Of a DNA stretch of 64,000 nucleotides, positions 14,052 to 27,160 are shown piece by piece. Both the position numbers and the translations under genes were made by a program. The notes beneath the pieces are model-generated. The model was not told the origin of the DNA and searched no databases. It saw nothing but the letters and a program-made list of their open reading frames with translations. The stretch is from positions 116,810,001-116,874,000 of the forward strand of contig NC_045697.1 in the NCBI RefSeq assembly GCF_009834535.1, in the 5' to 3' direction. Source of the stretch: Camelus ferus (Eukaryota). Position 1 is the stretch's first letter; the number at the start of each line of letters is the position of its first letter.

Positions 14052-14675
14052 TCATACATAAAACATATAAACATTCTAATATTTCCTTGCCAGCCCCTAA
14101 ACCCTTAAAATATAGGGGCTGTTGTTAACCATCACCCTTTCAGTGTTTATGGAGACAGCAGGGGAGCGGGGTTAGGGCCTACATGGACCCAAAATAGTCT
14201 ACTGTATTTGAAAATAAACATCTTGGGATTATAAAACTGTCTTTAACCATGAGGGGAGGGACTTCCAGTGGAGAGCGGGCCTCCCAAGCCGTGCCATAAC
14301 AGAGATGTGCGTTGCCTAATTCGATTGTGATTGTACTCTGTGATCAACACTTCTATGCTACTTTATTTTGCTTTTTTTCTTTTCTTTACTTTACCCTTTC
14401 ATTTTAGGCACAAAAGTCTTGCAAAACGAGACTGCCTTTGCCAGCTGCTTATTGGCCAGAGACACTGCAGCAGCTTAGGAATTCCTTGAAGCCCTGAGAC
14501 CAAAGACCTCTGTAACTTTAAAACTCAGCCGGAGACCAGAGAGTCCCTCCACTGTGGAGGTAAGAAGCCAAAGCCTGTGTTACTATTTTCTCCGTGAACT
14601 CAGGTGCATATAACCTCACTCCCGTTATCCTGGCTTTAACCGACCATGAAACAGGATAACGGGACCTCGTCTTAC

Positions 14676-14752
14676 ACTAAGCGGTGTTGCGCTGTAGAAA
14701 GTTTATCCACCCAGGAGTAATCAGGATCCGGATCTTGAATTTTGTTAATCAC
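14676..14752 (-). CDS. TMEM144: TMEM144 coding exon 6 (VINKIQDPDPDYSWVDKLSTAQHRL/V)
   Basis: 77 nt, acceptor ttttcactag|, donor GT|gtaaga, phase 0-2. Confidence 0.93.
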
Positions 14753-16544
14753 CTAGTGAAAACATTGGCAAAAAGCAGAACAAAGATCAATTGATCATCA
14801 CCCTGGAGATGAAAAGCTTTTCAGTGTTTTTCACTTCTCTCTCAAACACACGTTAAAACATGAACACGTTACCCGGCATTCTGACTCTGTGGGCACCTCT
14901 AGACTCAAATGTTTCTGAGTCTCTCTTTCACTCGGGATGGTTTGGCAGTTGGCAACTTCTCCATTTGCATTTTTTTCACAATTTAATATATGGCTATTTT
15001 GATATGCCTATCAAAACTAACAAAAGTTATTAATGCTTGCATTTATTTGCATATTTTAATAATCTGTAAAGAAATTAGAATTTAAGAGTTTTCTACTACG
15101 GAATTTTTAAGATCAATAGGCATATTTTTATTCAGACTTTTTTTTTTAAAGTAAATTAGTTGATAAAACATTTCCAGCCTTGTTTCAAGATTAGCTAATA
15201 TCTGGAGTCGGGAAAAATTAGGAACCAATTCAGAATATTTCTACTATTGAATGGAATCCTCTGTCTCTTACCTGAAGCTTCCTCACTGTTATACTCTCAC
15301 TACTTTTGTAGGAGAGAAGAAACTAGATTTGAATTCCTCCCACTTGCTAAGTCAAGATTTCCTTTGGCAATAATGCTTTCTTCCACCCCGGGGACCTTGC
15401 AACGTATGGCCGCACACTAACAGAGACTGTGTATGTATCTTTAGACTTAGTTTACTTACATCCTTCCATCTTGATGGAAACATCTGAGGCAATTAGCCTA
15501 CGATGTAGCTTTTCCCAAGCTGCATTTACTTTATTTTCTTTCTTTCCCCCTTTGGGTGAAGGGTGGCTGGTTAGGAAGTATCTGTATCCCCCAAATCGGC
15601 AGGGAACACCAGACATCTTTCCCCCACCTCACTCCTCCATCCTCTGATTACAGATACCTGTGGATTCATACATCTCTTTCCTCTGACATCTAAGCCAATT
15701 ATTGTTTAACTGTAGTGTCAATTGAACTAAGGTTGCAGTCACTTTAGTTGTGAACCTTTTGGATTGCGGAAGAAGGGTGGGGAAGAAAAGATGAATTTTG
15801 AAGTACGGAGTAGATGCGGCACCTTCTGGAGAAGCAATACCTCGGTGGGGGGCAGGGACGCCAGGTTTAGAGGGCAGCTGGGTAGCCCTGGTCCCATGGC
15901 AGGTGGAAGAGACACCTGGCAAAGGAAGGACCGGAGTCTGGGCTCACGGCGATGGGGGCTGGCTCCGAGGTTGCTTTTGTACTTGGAGCCACTGGTCAAG
16001 GGTGTCCCTGCTTAATTTCTATTTGCTTCCCAGACTAATTTAGGTTCTTCAAAGTCAAAGCAGTGACTCCTTACATACTTCCTGTCTTTGCCTTTGAGTG
16101 GAACCAGATACGGCAGAAAAGAGAAATAGGAGAAAATCCAGTCTAGTTCCTACTTTCAAATGACTCGATTTACCCTTTCACTGACTTCCTCTGGTCCACT
16201 GCCCCCTGCCCTCCCGGGGCATCCTTTAAAGCCGCCTTCCACCTCTTTTCTAAACTGACTTTCACATTCTTCATCAGCATTTAGGGCTCCCCTTAAGTTA
16301 TTCCAAAATATGGGGTTGTATGTCCATCCCCTAATAGAGATCTACTGTTAATAAAAACAGACCTCTGTGTTTGTTGAGAACCTTTATCGTGGAACTACTG
16401 ATTGGTTACTTCATAGACCTCGCCGGAATAAACACACTAAGATATTTCAGAGAGCCCCGATTAAAAACAAAATTCCCCACCACCTTCTCATCCGTGTTCA
16501 AGTTTCTGCATTTTCCTTTGGTCTTAATTTCATGCTTCGGATCA

Positions 16545-16694
<150 letters not shown>

Positions 16695-17355
16695 TCATAT
16701 CGAGTTGCCTGATATTTAAGGGAAATTTAACAGCTTAAATCCAGTCCTAATGATAATGAGATTATTTCTGAACTGCCTCTTTGAGGGTCCTGCCTTTTTT
16801 CTAGCACTGCCTTCTCTCTGACATCTCTCGTTATCCTTAACTGCAACTGGTTAAAAGCTAAACTCAAAAGCTTACTCCCCAAATCAGTTCTTTCCCTTGA
16901 TTTTCTTGTTTCACTCAGTGGCCCCATCTTTCTTTTATTTATTTTTTTCCTGCTTAATCCTGTAATCACATGGTAAAAAATACAAACAAAAAAATCTCCC
17001 TTGAAATAATATTTCTCACTTGTTGGATTGACAACATCCTCAGCTGGACAAACTCTAGGAGGCAGGCCCCACTGGTGTGAGTACAACCCCCACGGAGGGG
17101 ACTCTGGGGCCACATACCACAGCCACAGGCATGTCCACCCATGACCTGACCAATCCTGCTCTGGTCCCTGTAATACAGGTACAGCCACACTCAGGTGAGC
17201 CAACCTTCAAGGTCACACTATGGAATATGACACACCTGTTAAAAAGGAATGAGGACACCCTCTATGCTCTGATATGGAAAGTTCTCCAGAGTATAGTTTA
17301 TGAGACAAAAACACACATCCTTAGCCTAACAAATTTTTGTCCTTAAACATCTCTC

Positions 17356-17527
17356 TCATAATGATAGTTTTACCTCTTCTTTTCCAATGTGGATCCCTTG
17401 TATTTCTTTTTCTTGTCTAATTGCTATGGCTAGGACTGCCAATACTGTAATGAATAGAAGTGGTGACAGTGGGCATCCTTGTCTTATTCCAGATCTTAGC
17501 AGAAAGCCTTTCAGCTTTTCACTGTTG
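17356..17527 (-). mobile_element. Isolated internal LINE-1 ORF2 (RT) fragment
   Basis: Encodes [56 protein letters not shown]; no tail, 3' UTR or TSD seen. Confidence 0.88.
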
Positions 17528-18580
17528 CGTTTTGAATGTGAACCACTGTGGCTAATACCGTCCATGAGGAACAGGTTTTCAGAGAAAGCTAAAATAAGAA
17601 CAGGAGTTCTGACTGGGAAATGCTGAAGGCAAAGAGAAAGGAACCGACGGCCCGGTGCTTGCGGACCGCTGACCCTGCGCCTGACCCAGCGGGCCACCTC
17701 CCCTGGGGCGTCTCCCTTGAGATGTGTAGCCTGGTCCGTAGTAACAGGTAAGGACAGTGGCTCTGAGATAGGAAAAGGCTAGAAATGGAGACCTGGGTTT
17801 CCTCCTGGCACAGCTCTCCAGAGACAGCGTGTCAGGTGAGACGAGAGCAGAATGGAGAGCAGGTTCAAGAGTAACCCGAAGCATTTTTGTTTAGTTGGGG
17901 AGTGAACCTGCCTTTCTGTGAACTCCGACTCCTGGATCTTCAGAAGAGCATCTAAGAGAGTGTCCTGGACTTTGTTTCTTGGTGTCAGCGCCACCTCCAC
18001 CCTGAACCATGGGGCCTAGAAGACTGAAAACGACATTCTCCCAAACTGTACTTGCATCTGGGTTTTGCTGGGGGAGGCACACGAACAAGGCAGGGGTGGG
18101 GGCGCTGTCCTGCCTTGGTGGTGGCTCCCGGGGCAGTGGTAGCTCAGGGCAGAGGCGTCTGTCCCCCATCGCCAGCTGGGGTGGGGCTTCAGGGCTCCCA
18201 GTGATGCCACCTCCCTTCCTTCGCTCCACTGAGCCTGATAACACTTGTCAGCACTTCCCTGTGTTAGATCCTCTGCTGTTTAAGGTACCTGGAGCGGTCT
18301 TGGACGTGGAGACTGATTGATGCTTACCCAAGACATAACACGGGGAAAATGGAAGGCTGGACATGGTCTAAGCTGCCCTTTACAAATCACTGTATGGGAG
18401 AAGAGTCATTTCAATTTTAAAAAGAGAAGCAACATCCTAAACCAACGTAACCACACTCCAAGTTTCCTAACACTGATCACGAAAACTGCAAGCCATTTCA
18501 ATGAGTTCCCTTCAGAACAAACTGATTTAACTGAGTTAAAATAATGAAATGAAAGGTTCCAGGAAAGAGTGAAAAATGAA

Positions 18581-18889
18581 TGAACAGAAACCTCAATTAC
18601 ATAGTCGGGAGACCAGAAGGGGGAGCTCACATGCCTTGTGATGATCGCAGAGCCCAACGGCAAGAAGAAAGGCCCCTCTCTTCTGTCCTGGCAAGGACTC
18701 AGCCCGTGAAAAGTCACGGACCCTTTGTCTAAGACAGCCCTCCTGACTTCTTTTCCTTGTCTATAAAAGCATTCTCCTTCCCTTGCCCTGTGGAGGGGGC
18801 TTGCACTGGCTCACCATGTTTAGACCCCCACATTGCAACTCTCTGTTGATCCTGAACCAACCCATTTTGCTATTTGTTTCAGGTCAACA
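18581..18889 (+). mobile_element. Solo LTR (309 bp)
   Basis: TG...CA termini, TATAAAA near 18762, and direct repeat atgaa on both sides (18576-18580, 18890-18894). Confidence 0.8.
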
Positions 18890-19109
18890 ATGAAACACAC
18901 ACGGCAGCCAGGATGCTCCCCAGGGAGAGACCACTGCGTCTCCCTGCCCTGGACCGAGCTCCAGACCAAGTGGGGTGACTCCCCAGGGGCGCTGACTGCT
19001 CCCTGCAGAGCTGGACAGCAGGGGACAGCAGGTGAACATGAAACAATTATTAATAAAAAGAGCGCCTGTTCTGCTTAAAATGACCCCACATGCAGGGCAT
19101 CGGCCATGC

Positions 19110-19310
19110 AGCCAGCCCTGTATGTAGCACTGAACACAGTTTTATTTCATTTATTGCTCAAAAATCATAGGAGGCTGATGCAATTAATATCCTCACTTCA
19201 ACCCCAGATGAAGAAAACCAGATTTAGAGAAATTAAGTGGTTTGCCCAAGGTCACACAAATAAATGTGGTAGAACACAAAGAATTTGTAATTTTCGAGAC
19301 TGCACACTTT
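19110..19310 (-). mobile_element. MIR
   Basis: cagatgaagaaaaccagatttagagaaattaagtggtttgcccaaggtcacaca core. Confidence 0.75.
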
Positions 19311-20398
19311 CTTGAGGAGAAAGAAATATGGAGAAAAACAATGCCTGATGGACTGAGTAAAAGGGCCTTAAATTACCATTAAGTCAAAACTAGGGTGCTC
19401 TCCATTACAATTCTGGGGTGTAAAGAAATTGATTTTGAGAGAGCTAACTGAAGCTAGAAGGCTCCATGAATCGTCCAAAATATACAAAATTGCCTCTCAC
19501 CCCAAATGTCAAGAAATCTGCTATTTTAGAATAATCTATGTTATTTCTTCTCCAATTGGCCTGGAAGCACTCTCTTAAGGCAACACTTCAATGACAAAGA
19601 GATTGTTTGCGAACGTGGCTGGGGAAAAGCTATCATCGCGGAGGAAGAGAAATATCGTGTTCTCTCCCTGAAAAATAAATGAGCCCTAAAATCCTTGCCG
19701 GCAGGGCTGTCCGTTATGCAAGGCACGGACGGGAAATACAGATGAAGCCCAAAGAGGACAGGGGACTGAACTGGAGGTGACCTAATTCTGCTGCCATTGT
19801 ATTGACTGAACACCGCCATACAGAGGTTCAAAGTCATCCTCCTCCGCACTCATACAGCGTGTACAGCTAGACACAGATCCAGCCCCAAACAGGTATTTAC
19901 ATGCGTGTGTGTTTTCACAGGTGAGAGAGTGGTTATCTGAGCAGGTTGAGAAGAGGTGAGCAAGGTGGCAGGAGACTGGAAATTGAGTAGCAGAGTGTCC
20001 GTGAGGAATAAGGAGAGCGAGTGGGTACTGGCTTTTCTGGGGCATCAGGAAGCCAGCATAATAACTTTGACTTACAGAGCATTTTCTTGTTTGCAACATA
20101 CTTTAGTGGCCATTTGATCCTGACCTGGGAGCTATAGATGATGACTTTCTAAGTACTACAGATAATGAAAGTGAGGTTCACAGGAGCTAAATGATTTCCC
20201 AGGGTCTCAGAGCTTTTGAGTCATGAGGATGGGGCTCCCGACCCCCAGTGCTGCTACCTTCTGCCCTCTGAGGCCAAGTCTGTCAGCATCAACGAAAACT
20301 CTGAGAAAAAAATCGTGTCGATGTATGAGACGTGGGTGGAAAACTGTAAACACATCAGGATCTCTAAGAAGCATTCTAAGTGTTGGGAAGAAGAGCTA

Positions 20399-20760
<362 letters not shown>

Positions 20761-21239
20761 TGTCATGAGACTAAGGAAGAAGGAAGGAAAACAGACTAAG
20801 TGGCCAGCTGAATGCTGATTGGCTGGTTGCAATTTTGTATATTATCTGAAATAGACGTTAGGAGCTTGGTTAAATTCCTTACTCTTTGGCATCACTTTAA
20901 ATTCTTTCCTTTTTTCATGCCTTGATGTTGTGGTGGTCGTTACCGACAATCCCTGGGAAGCATCCAGGGGCAATAGAAAAGGAAGTTAGAAGAAGAAAAA
21001 AGAACTTGTTGACAGCAGCGTGGGAATGAGGGAAGGACAGGAAAGAATGTGTTGGAGGTTAGTTCGCTTTGTTATAATGGAGGTTGTTGCAGGGCTTTGG
21101 GTGGGAAGTGGAGCCCAAAAATTAACCTCAGAGGAAGAGCCTCCTTCTACTCATTGGTCCAGACTCAACTCGAACGTGAATCTGAACGCTGACGGAGGGC
21201 GGAGGTGTCCACCCGGACTCTCCCTGCCGGTGGGGCTGC

Positions 21240-21570
21240 TCCACAGCTGCACTGGCCACTGGGGTGGCTTCCGGCCGGACAAGGCTATCGAGCCCCTGAA
21301 ATGTGGCCAGTACAGCTGAGGAACTGACTGTTTCACTTGATCACATTTCAATTCGTTTAAATTTCAACAGACGTGGCCACACGTGGCTGCCACAAACTCT
21401 ACAGGACAGCTCAGCTCTAGAGCTGGGGGTTGGCAAACTTTCCCTTAAAGGGCCAGGGAGTGAAGAGTTTACGCGTTGGGGGCCGGGTGGCCTCTCGCAA
21501 CTACTCAGCTCAGCCACAGACACTACTTCAACGGGTGTGTTCTGTTTGTTGACCCCGGCCCAGACCCTGG
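21240..21570. mobile_element. hAT-Charlie MITEs (MER3-like followed by MER58-like)
   Basis: gaaatgtggccagt...ctgaggaactga...ggccacacgtggct, then gggggttggcaaactttcccttaaagggccag. Confidence 0.6.
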
Positions 21571-22010
21571 AGGGACGAATATGAGCTTTAGCACCAGAAG
21601 ATCTGGGTTTGAGCCTGGCTTATGAGCTCTGTGACTCTCCCAGGTTCCCCAACCCCTGCGTGTATCAGCTCTCTTCCAGGATAGTGCTCACCTCGTATGT
21701 TTGGGAAAACGGGATGAGAATTGTGCATTTCACGTGCCTGGCAAATTGTCACCCAATGGAAGGGGAGAATGCGTCACCAGTGCCCTTTCTCTGTCCCTAC
21801 TTCTGCTAGAGAGGATTCTTTACCTTTCCTTGGTCAGATGGCGAGATCACTTCCTTAGACCTTAAGGCAGCACGTTTGATGTGCGTGTCTCTGGGAGGAG
21901 ATGGAATCTCTGGGAGCGGGGAGAGCCCTGTGTGGCTCCGCTCAGTGAGCCGGGACCTAGCACTCGCCTTACAGAGGGTGGGGATGCAGGGAAACAGTTT
22001 CCTTGTGTTA

Positions 22011-22145
<135 letters not shown>

Positions 22146-22639
22146 TCAACTACAGAAAATACATTTACAAATTGAATTAATTTTTATTTTAACTTCAGTG
22201 AGAGCTTTTGGGATTTGGACAAACTTAGTAAAGCACAACCCCTCATTTTTCAAATAAAATAGCCGTGTTTTCTGGCATGGAGCTCACGACTGTGATTGCT
22301 GAGAGAACCAGGCTTAGGGCAAAATCCTGAAAAGAAAATGTGGAGTTAGCTCTTTCCCTAACTGCACCTGTGTTCTCCATCCTTCACATGGGGCTCTGTT
22401 TTATGGCTTTTTGCAGAAGCCCGTCAATGATAAAATTAGTTGTGACCATCCGCTTAGACTTGAACCAGGGCCCACCACTGGCGGGGTCCTTGGCCCAATA
22501 TGACCCCCAACTTCGCTCTCCCGTGCTCACTGCCTTGTTTTCTGGAGTCCAGAACCCACTGCTTTGTGTTCTTGAGGGTCACTCAGGGCCAAACTCATGG
22601 TCGGTTTCTTCAGTTCTTAACCTCTCAGCTGACTGGCCT

Positions 22640-23170
22640 CAGACTTGCAATCTCCTCTTGGAAGGTTTCCTCTCTTGGCTTCCAAGATGCCTTCCTATCT
22701 GAATTCCCTCCTGTTTTTCTCTTTCTTTAGCTCCTTCTCATCAGACCATCTGGATGTAGGTGCTGTTTAAATATTTTCCCTAGAACACATTCTTCCTCTT
22801 GCTATATTCTTCTTTGAGCACTTGACTCATTCCATGATTTCAGCAATCAGCTGGAGACACATACTCCCAGAGCTAGCCTGGACCGTCTCCAGAGTTCTGG
22901 GGCCAATAAGAGATTTCCAACCAGATGTCCCTTACTTGTGGGAACACCGGGAACTTCAAGCTCAAAAGGTCCCAAGATGAACTCATCATTTTCCCTTTGA
23001 GACACATTCTTTCCCTCATACGTGTCAGTGGCGCCACCACTCTCCCAACCACCTGTGATAAGATCCCTGCAACCCCGATGGCTCCTCCCTTTCCTCCGCC
23101 GCCCACACCCAGTCAGTTACCGTGACCTACGGCATCTGCATTTGCAAGGCTTCTCAAATTAGACCCTCCT
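22640..23170 (+). mobile_element. L2 remnant
   Basis: Pyrimidine-rich degenerate L2 body (aactcatcatttt..., ctctccagagttct...); boundaries approximate. Confidence 0.55.
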
Positions 23171-24050
23171 CCACTGACTCCCAGTGGAACCTGCTTGGGG
23201 GATGTAAGTACTACGGTGGGTGTCAGGACCTGCAGGGTGAATGGCTGCTTCCTCCGCTCCCTCTCCCATTAGACGTGATCATCAGAATCGTACTAAGGTA
23301 TAAGTGAGGTACAGGAATGGAAATTCCAACGGAAACTGAAAAGTTTGTCCTCCAACTCATGAACATCATTAAATCACTCAATTCTGTACCTACTTCAAAT
23401 GAATTGGGTACCCAGTACATTTTTAACATTTTAAAATGTATTTGCTTTTAATCAAGGTACCTCTAGAGATCCCTGATACTTGGGATTCTGTTTGCTGAAG
23501 AGAAGAAAGCTATCCTGGGGTGTGTTTATATTAACAGAGAAGACACACTCCTGATTGGCAAGCAAAAGCACAAACTCTAGTTATATAATTTCAGGCAACA
23601 GAGAGAAGATGACTGTTTGCTTTGGTCTTTCTGCCTGTGCTTCTGAAACGATAATGTGTCTGTGTTTGTCTGCTTTTGAGAACACGTCCTAAAAATGATA
23701 TTAGTAGAGATGACTATTTAATAAATATTTTCTGATCAACATGCTGGAGAAAGAAAGGTCAGAGCACTTAGACTAATATATGAGTTATGCTTGAACAGAC
23801 AGAGAGCAAGTAAAACATTTTTGCTATAATAATTTTATATAATAACATATATAAGATACAATAATAATTTTGTTATGACAATTTTCTACCAGGAACCAAG
23901 AAAAAAATCATTAAAAGGAAAGAGTCAAATGTACCAAAAATATTTATGAAAGAAGCTAAATTTTTAAATTCTAGTGTCTGTGACTAGGGATTATTTAGAA
24001 TTACTCTTTGTGCTGTTTCCTTCTATTATGAATCATATTTATTTTGATCA

Positions 24051-24236
<186 letters not shown>

Positions 24237-25464
24237 TCAGTGGTTCAAACTGACTGAAGGAAATTAGTGCTTAGGAAGATCATGGAGATATTACAGGATG
24301 GCCACAATTTATTGAACACCTATATGCCAAACACTTTGCACATCTTTTATCATTCTTACAACTACTATGAATCATAATTAACCCTCATTCAAAGATAGAG
24401 AAAATCAATGTAAGATGAAGGAATGCATTCAAATAGCTAACAGTTTGTAAAGCTGGAATTTGAACTCAATTTGATTGAAGCTTGCTCTATGCAGTGCATT
24501 CCTGCTTAGCAGGAATCTAGAATTTTCTACCAAAGAGGACTGGCAAGACCAAGTCTATATATTTTTATTCAGATGTGACAACAGTGCCATTCCTCACCAA
24601 AGACAGGGCGCTAAGAACTTCAGGATAGCACATGAGTAATTTACACCCGTGGGGCTCCCAAGTGGCTCTTTGGGATAAAACTAAGGCCAGTTATGGGCAC
24701 GTGGAGGCCTCGTGCACTTAGAGTTGGGTGTCGGCGATGAGTCAGGTGTTCCAAAATCGAGCATTAGCTTCTAGGTCAGGGCTCATCTACTTTCCATGCA
24801 CTGGGCTGCCATCTGCCGGTTACTTGGCCATCACATGGTGATATGAAGTATATCTGTACTTTTCTGAGGCTCAGAAAGAGGGTTTAGGGATTAAAAGGAT
24901 AAAGAAAAAGTCAACATTGGGAGAAATACTAAGGCAGTTATAACTCAATGGGGCACTTTTGACTCTATTGACTTTACATTGAATCTCCTGGTGGAGGAGA
25001 GGAAAAAAAAGAAGTTGTTAACCTCGAAGACAGAAAAAAAAAAAACCAAAAAACTAGGAGCACGGAGATAAAAGGGAACTTCATTTTACAAGTTCTGCAT
25101 TTTACAAATCAGAAACTGAGAACAAAAGAGCTGTTAAGTCTTGCCCGGGATCACACAGTTCTCATAACGTGCACCCCCAACCCCAAAGCCATATCCTCTA
25201 CCCATTAGTATGCTTTTTTGGGTTTTTTTTTCAGTTGTTTTCATTCTTTTTCTAACTCTAAAGGGAAGAAGAAGCAAGGCTCTAGAGGAACAAGATTTGT
25301 AGGTCTGTCGTCTAAGTTGTATAAAGATGGGGGAACTGGGATGATAGCACAATGCTTCCCAAGAGGTGCGTACCATCACATCCCCAACTCCTTGCCCCAG
25401 CTCTGAGATGAACGGCAGGTAGACAAAGAGAATTATTACTTCCGCTTCCCTAAAATTCACATTA

Positions 25465-26045
25465 CAGCCAATTCTACTGCGTGGTGACATGTGTGTTCCT
25501 AAAAAATCACTGCACTTCGTAAAATCACATGATAAAACCTGCAGAGCTTGCGTGGAAAGTGGGGCTAAGGACATAACACGTAAAAACTTCATCAGCAACG
25601 TACTAAAGCAAGATAAGAGTCTAATAAAAAATGGTAGCACAGTTTTACACTGGTTAGGTGGTGAGGAAATTCACAAATGCTGCAATAAATACGCCACTGG
25701 ATTTTGGAAAAGACCTGACGTTTGCTCATGTGAGTGATCATCAGAAGTGTTGCAGCTTGTGAGTTATTGTGAAGGTGGTGAAGGAGGTTCGTAACACTGG
25801 AAGTGGAGAGATGTGGTACTAACAGAGCCAGTGGGTGTGTGAGAGGGGGTGTGTGAGCACATTTTGTGCCGTACTTTGCACCTTTCTTCATCTGGGTGTA
25901 GTTTTCTGTGTTCACCTAATGTTCCTGAGGCAAAACTGCACCTAAGCAGATACAAAATTCATGTGATGCCCAAATTGTTCTCTATTACATCAGCTGTGTC
26001 GGAAATTTGTGTTTGCAAAACAAGTGTTATTAGCAGAACTGACTC
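25465..26045. mobile_element. TcMar-Tigger non-autonomous DNA transposon (Tigger9-like)
   Basis: Degenerate TIRs TA|cagccaattctact ... agcagaactgact; body resembles a recalled Tigger consensus. Confidence 0.65.
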
Positions 26046-26238
26046 CTTTCCTTCTTTTGTAAGCATAACAGATATGGCTAAAAAGCTACCCCCATCCCAG
26101 CTGTACTATGAAACGCAGTCTGAAGGGTATCCTATACTGAACGCTTGGATAACCTGGCATGCACATCCTCAAATGATTGGTTTTAAGCTCTATTCATTTG
26201 GCACCAGGTACAAAAAAAATGTATTTTTATAACCATTA

Positions 26239-26490
<252 letters not shown>

Positions 26491-27160
26491 CTGAAATGAA
26501 AGAAATAAAAATGAAACAATTAAGAAGTGGTGAGTCCACGAATAAGCTGTGATCCAGACATGAATTTTACTGAGCTCCTCAAATGTACGGTAAGAGTCCT
26601 TCTTCCAGATAAAAAGCTAGGACATTATAAAATGATGTATGATGTTCACAATCATGTTCATTAATTCACTCATTTTTCTCAACAAATATTTCTTGATCAC
26701 TAACCTACAAAGCGAACGAAAACCAAACAAATTTGTCTTCAGAGTTTGAAAACCTAACTTCTTCTAAGACCTGGATACAATTTTTATGATATTATAAAGG
26801 AATTCTCTTGCATACAGGGACTGGTAGAATGATGATTGTGGACCAGGATTCTGTTCACTTCAACTGGTGGTTGTGACCATCAAAGGAGAGAGCACATGTG
26901 CAGACTATGACAACTATCAGTGCCTTCCAAGCAAAATCTCCTTGAATATTTGAAACATGAATGTAAGCACACTTTCAGCTATGTACTCACAGTCCCCTAG
27001 AGGTAAGGGCACTTTTCTTGATCAGTGGTACACACCCTTCAGTGTGTAGTTTAAATGGTTCATGAGCTCTCTATCTTTATAACTTAAAAAAACAAAAACA
27101 AAAACAAAAACAGAAGAATCTCCTGAAGAACTTTTGAATAATCCCCTAAGCCTCTTGAAG

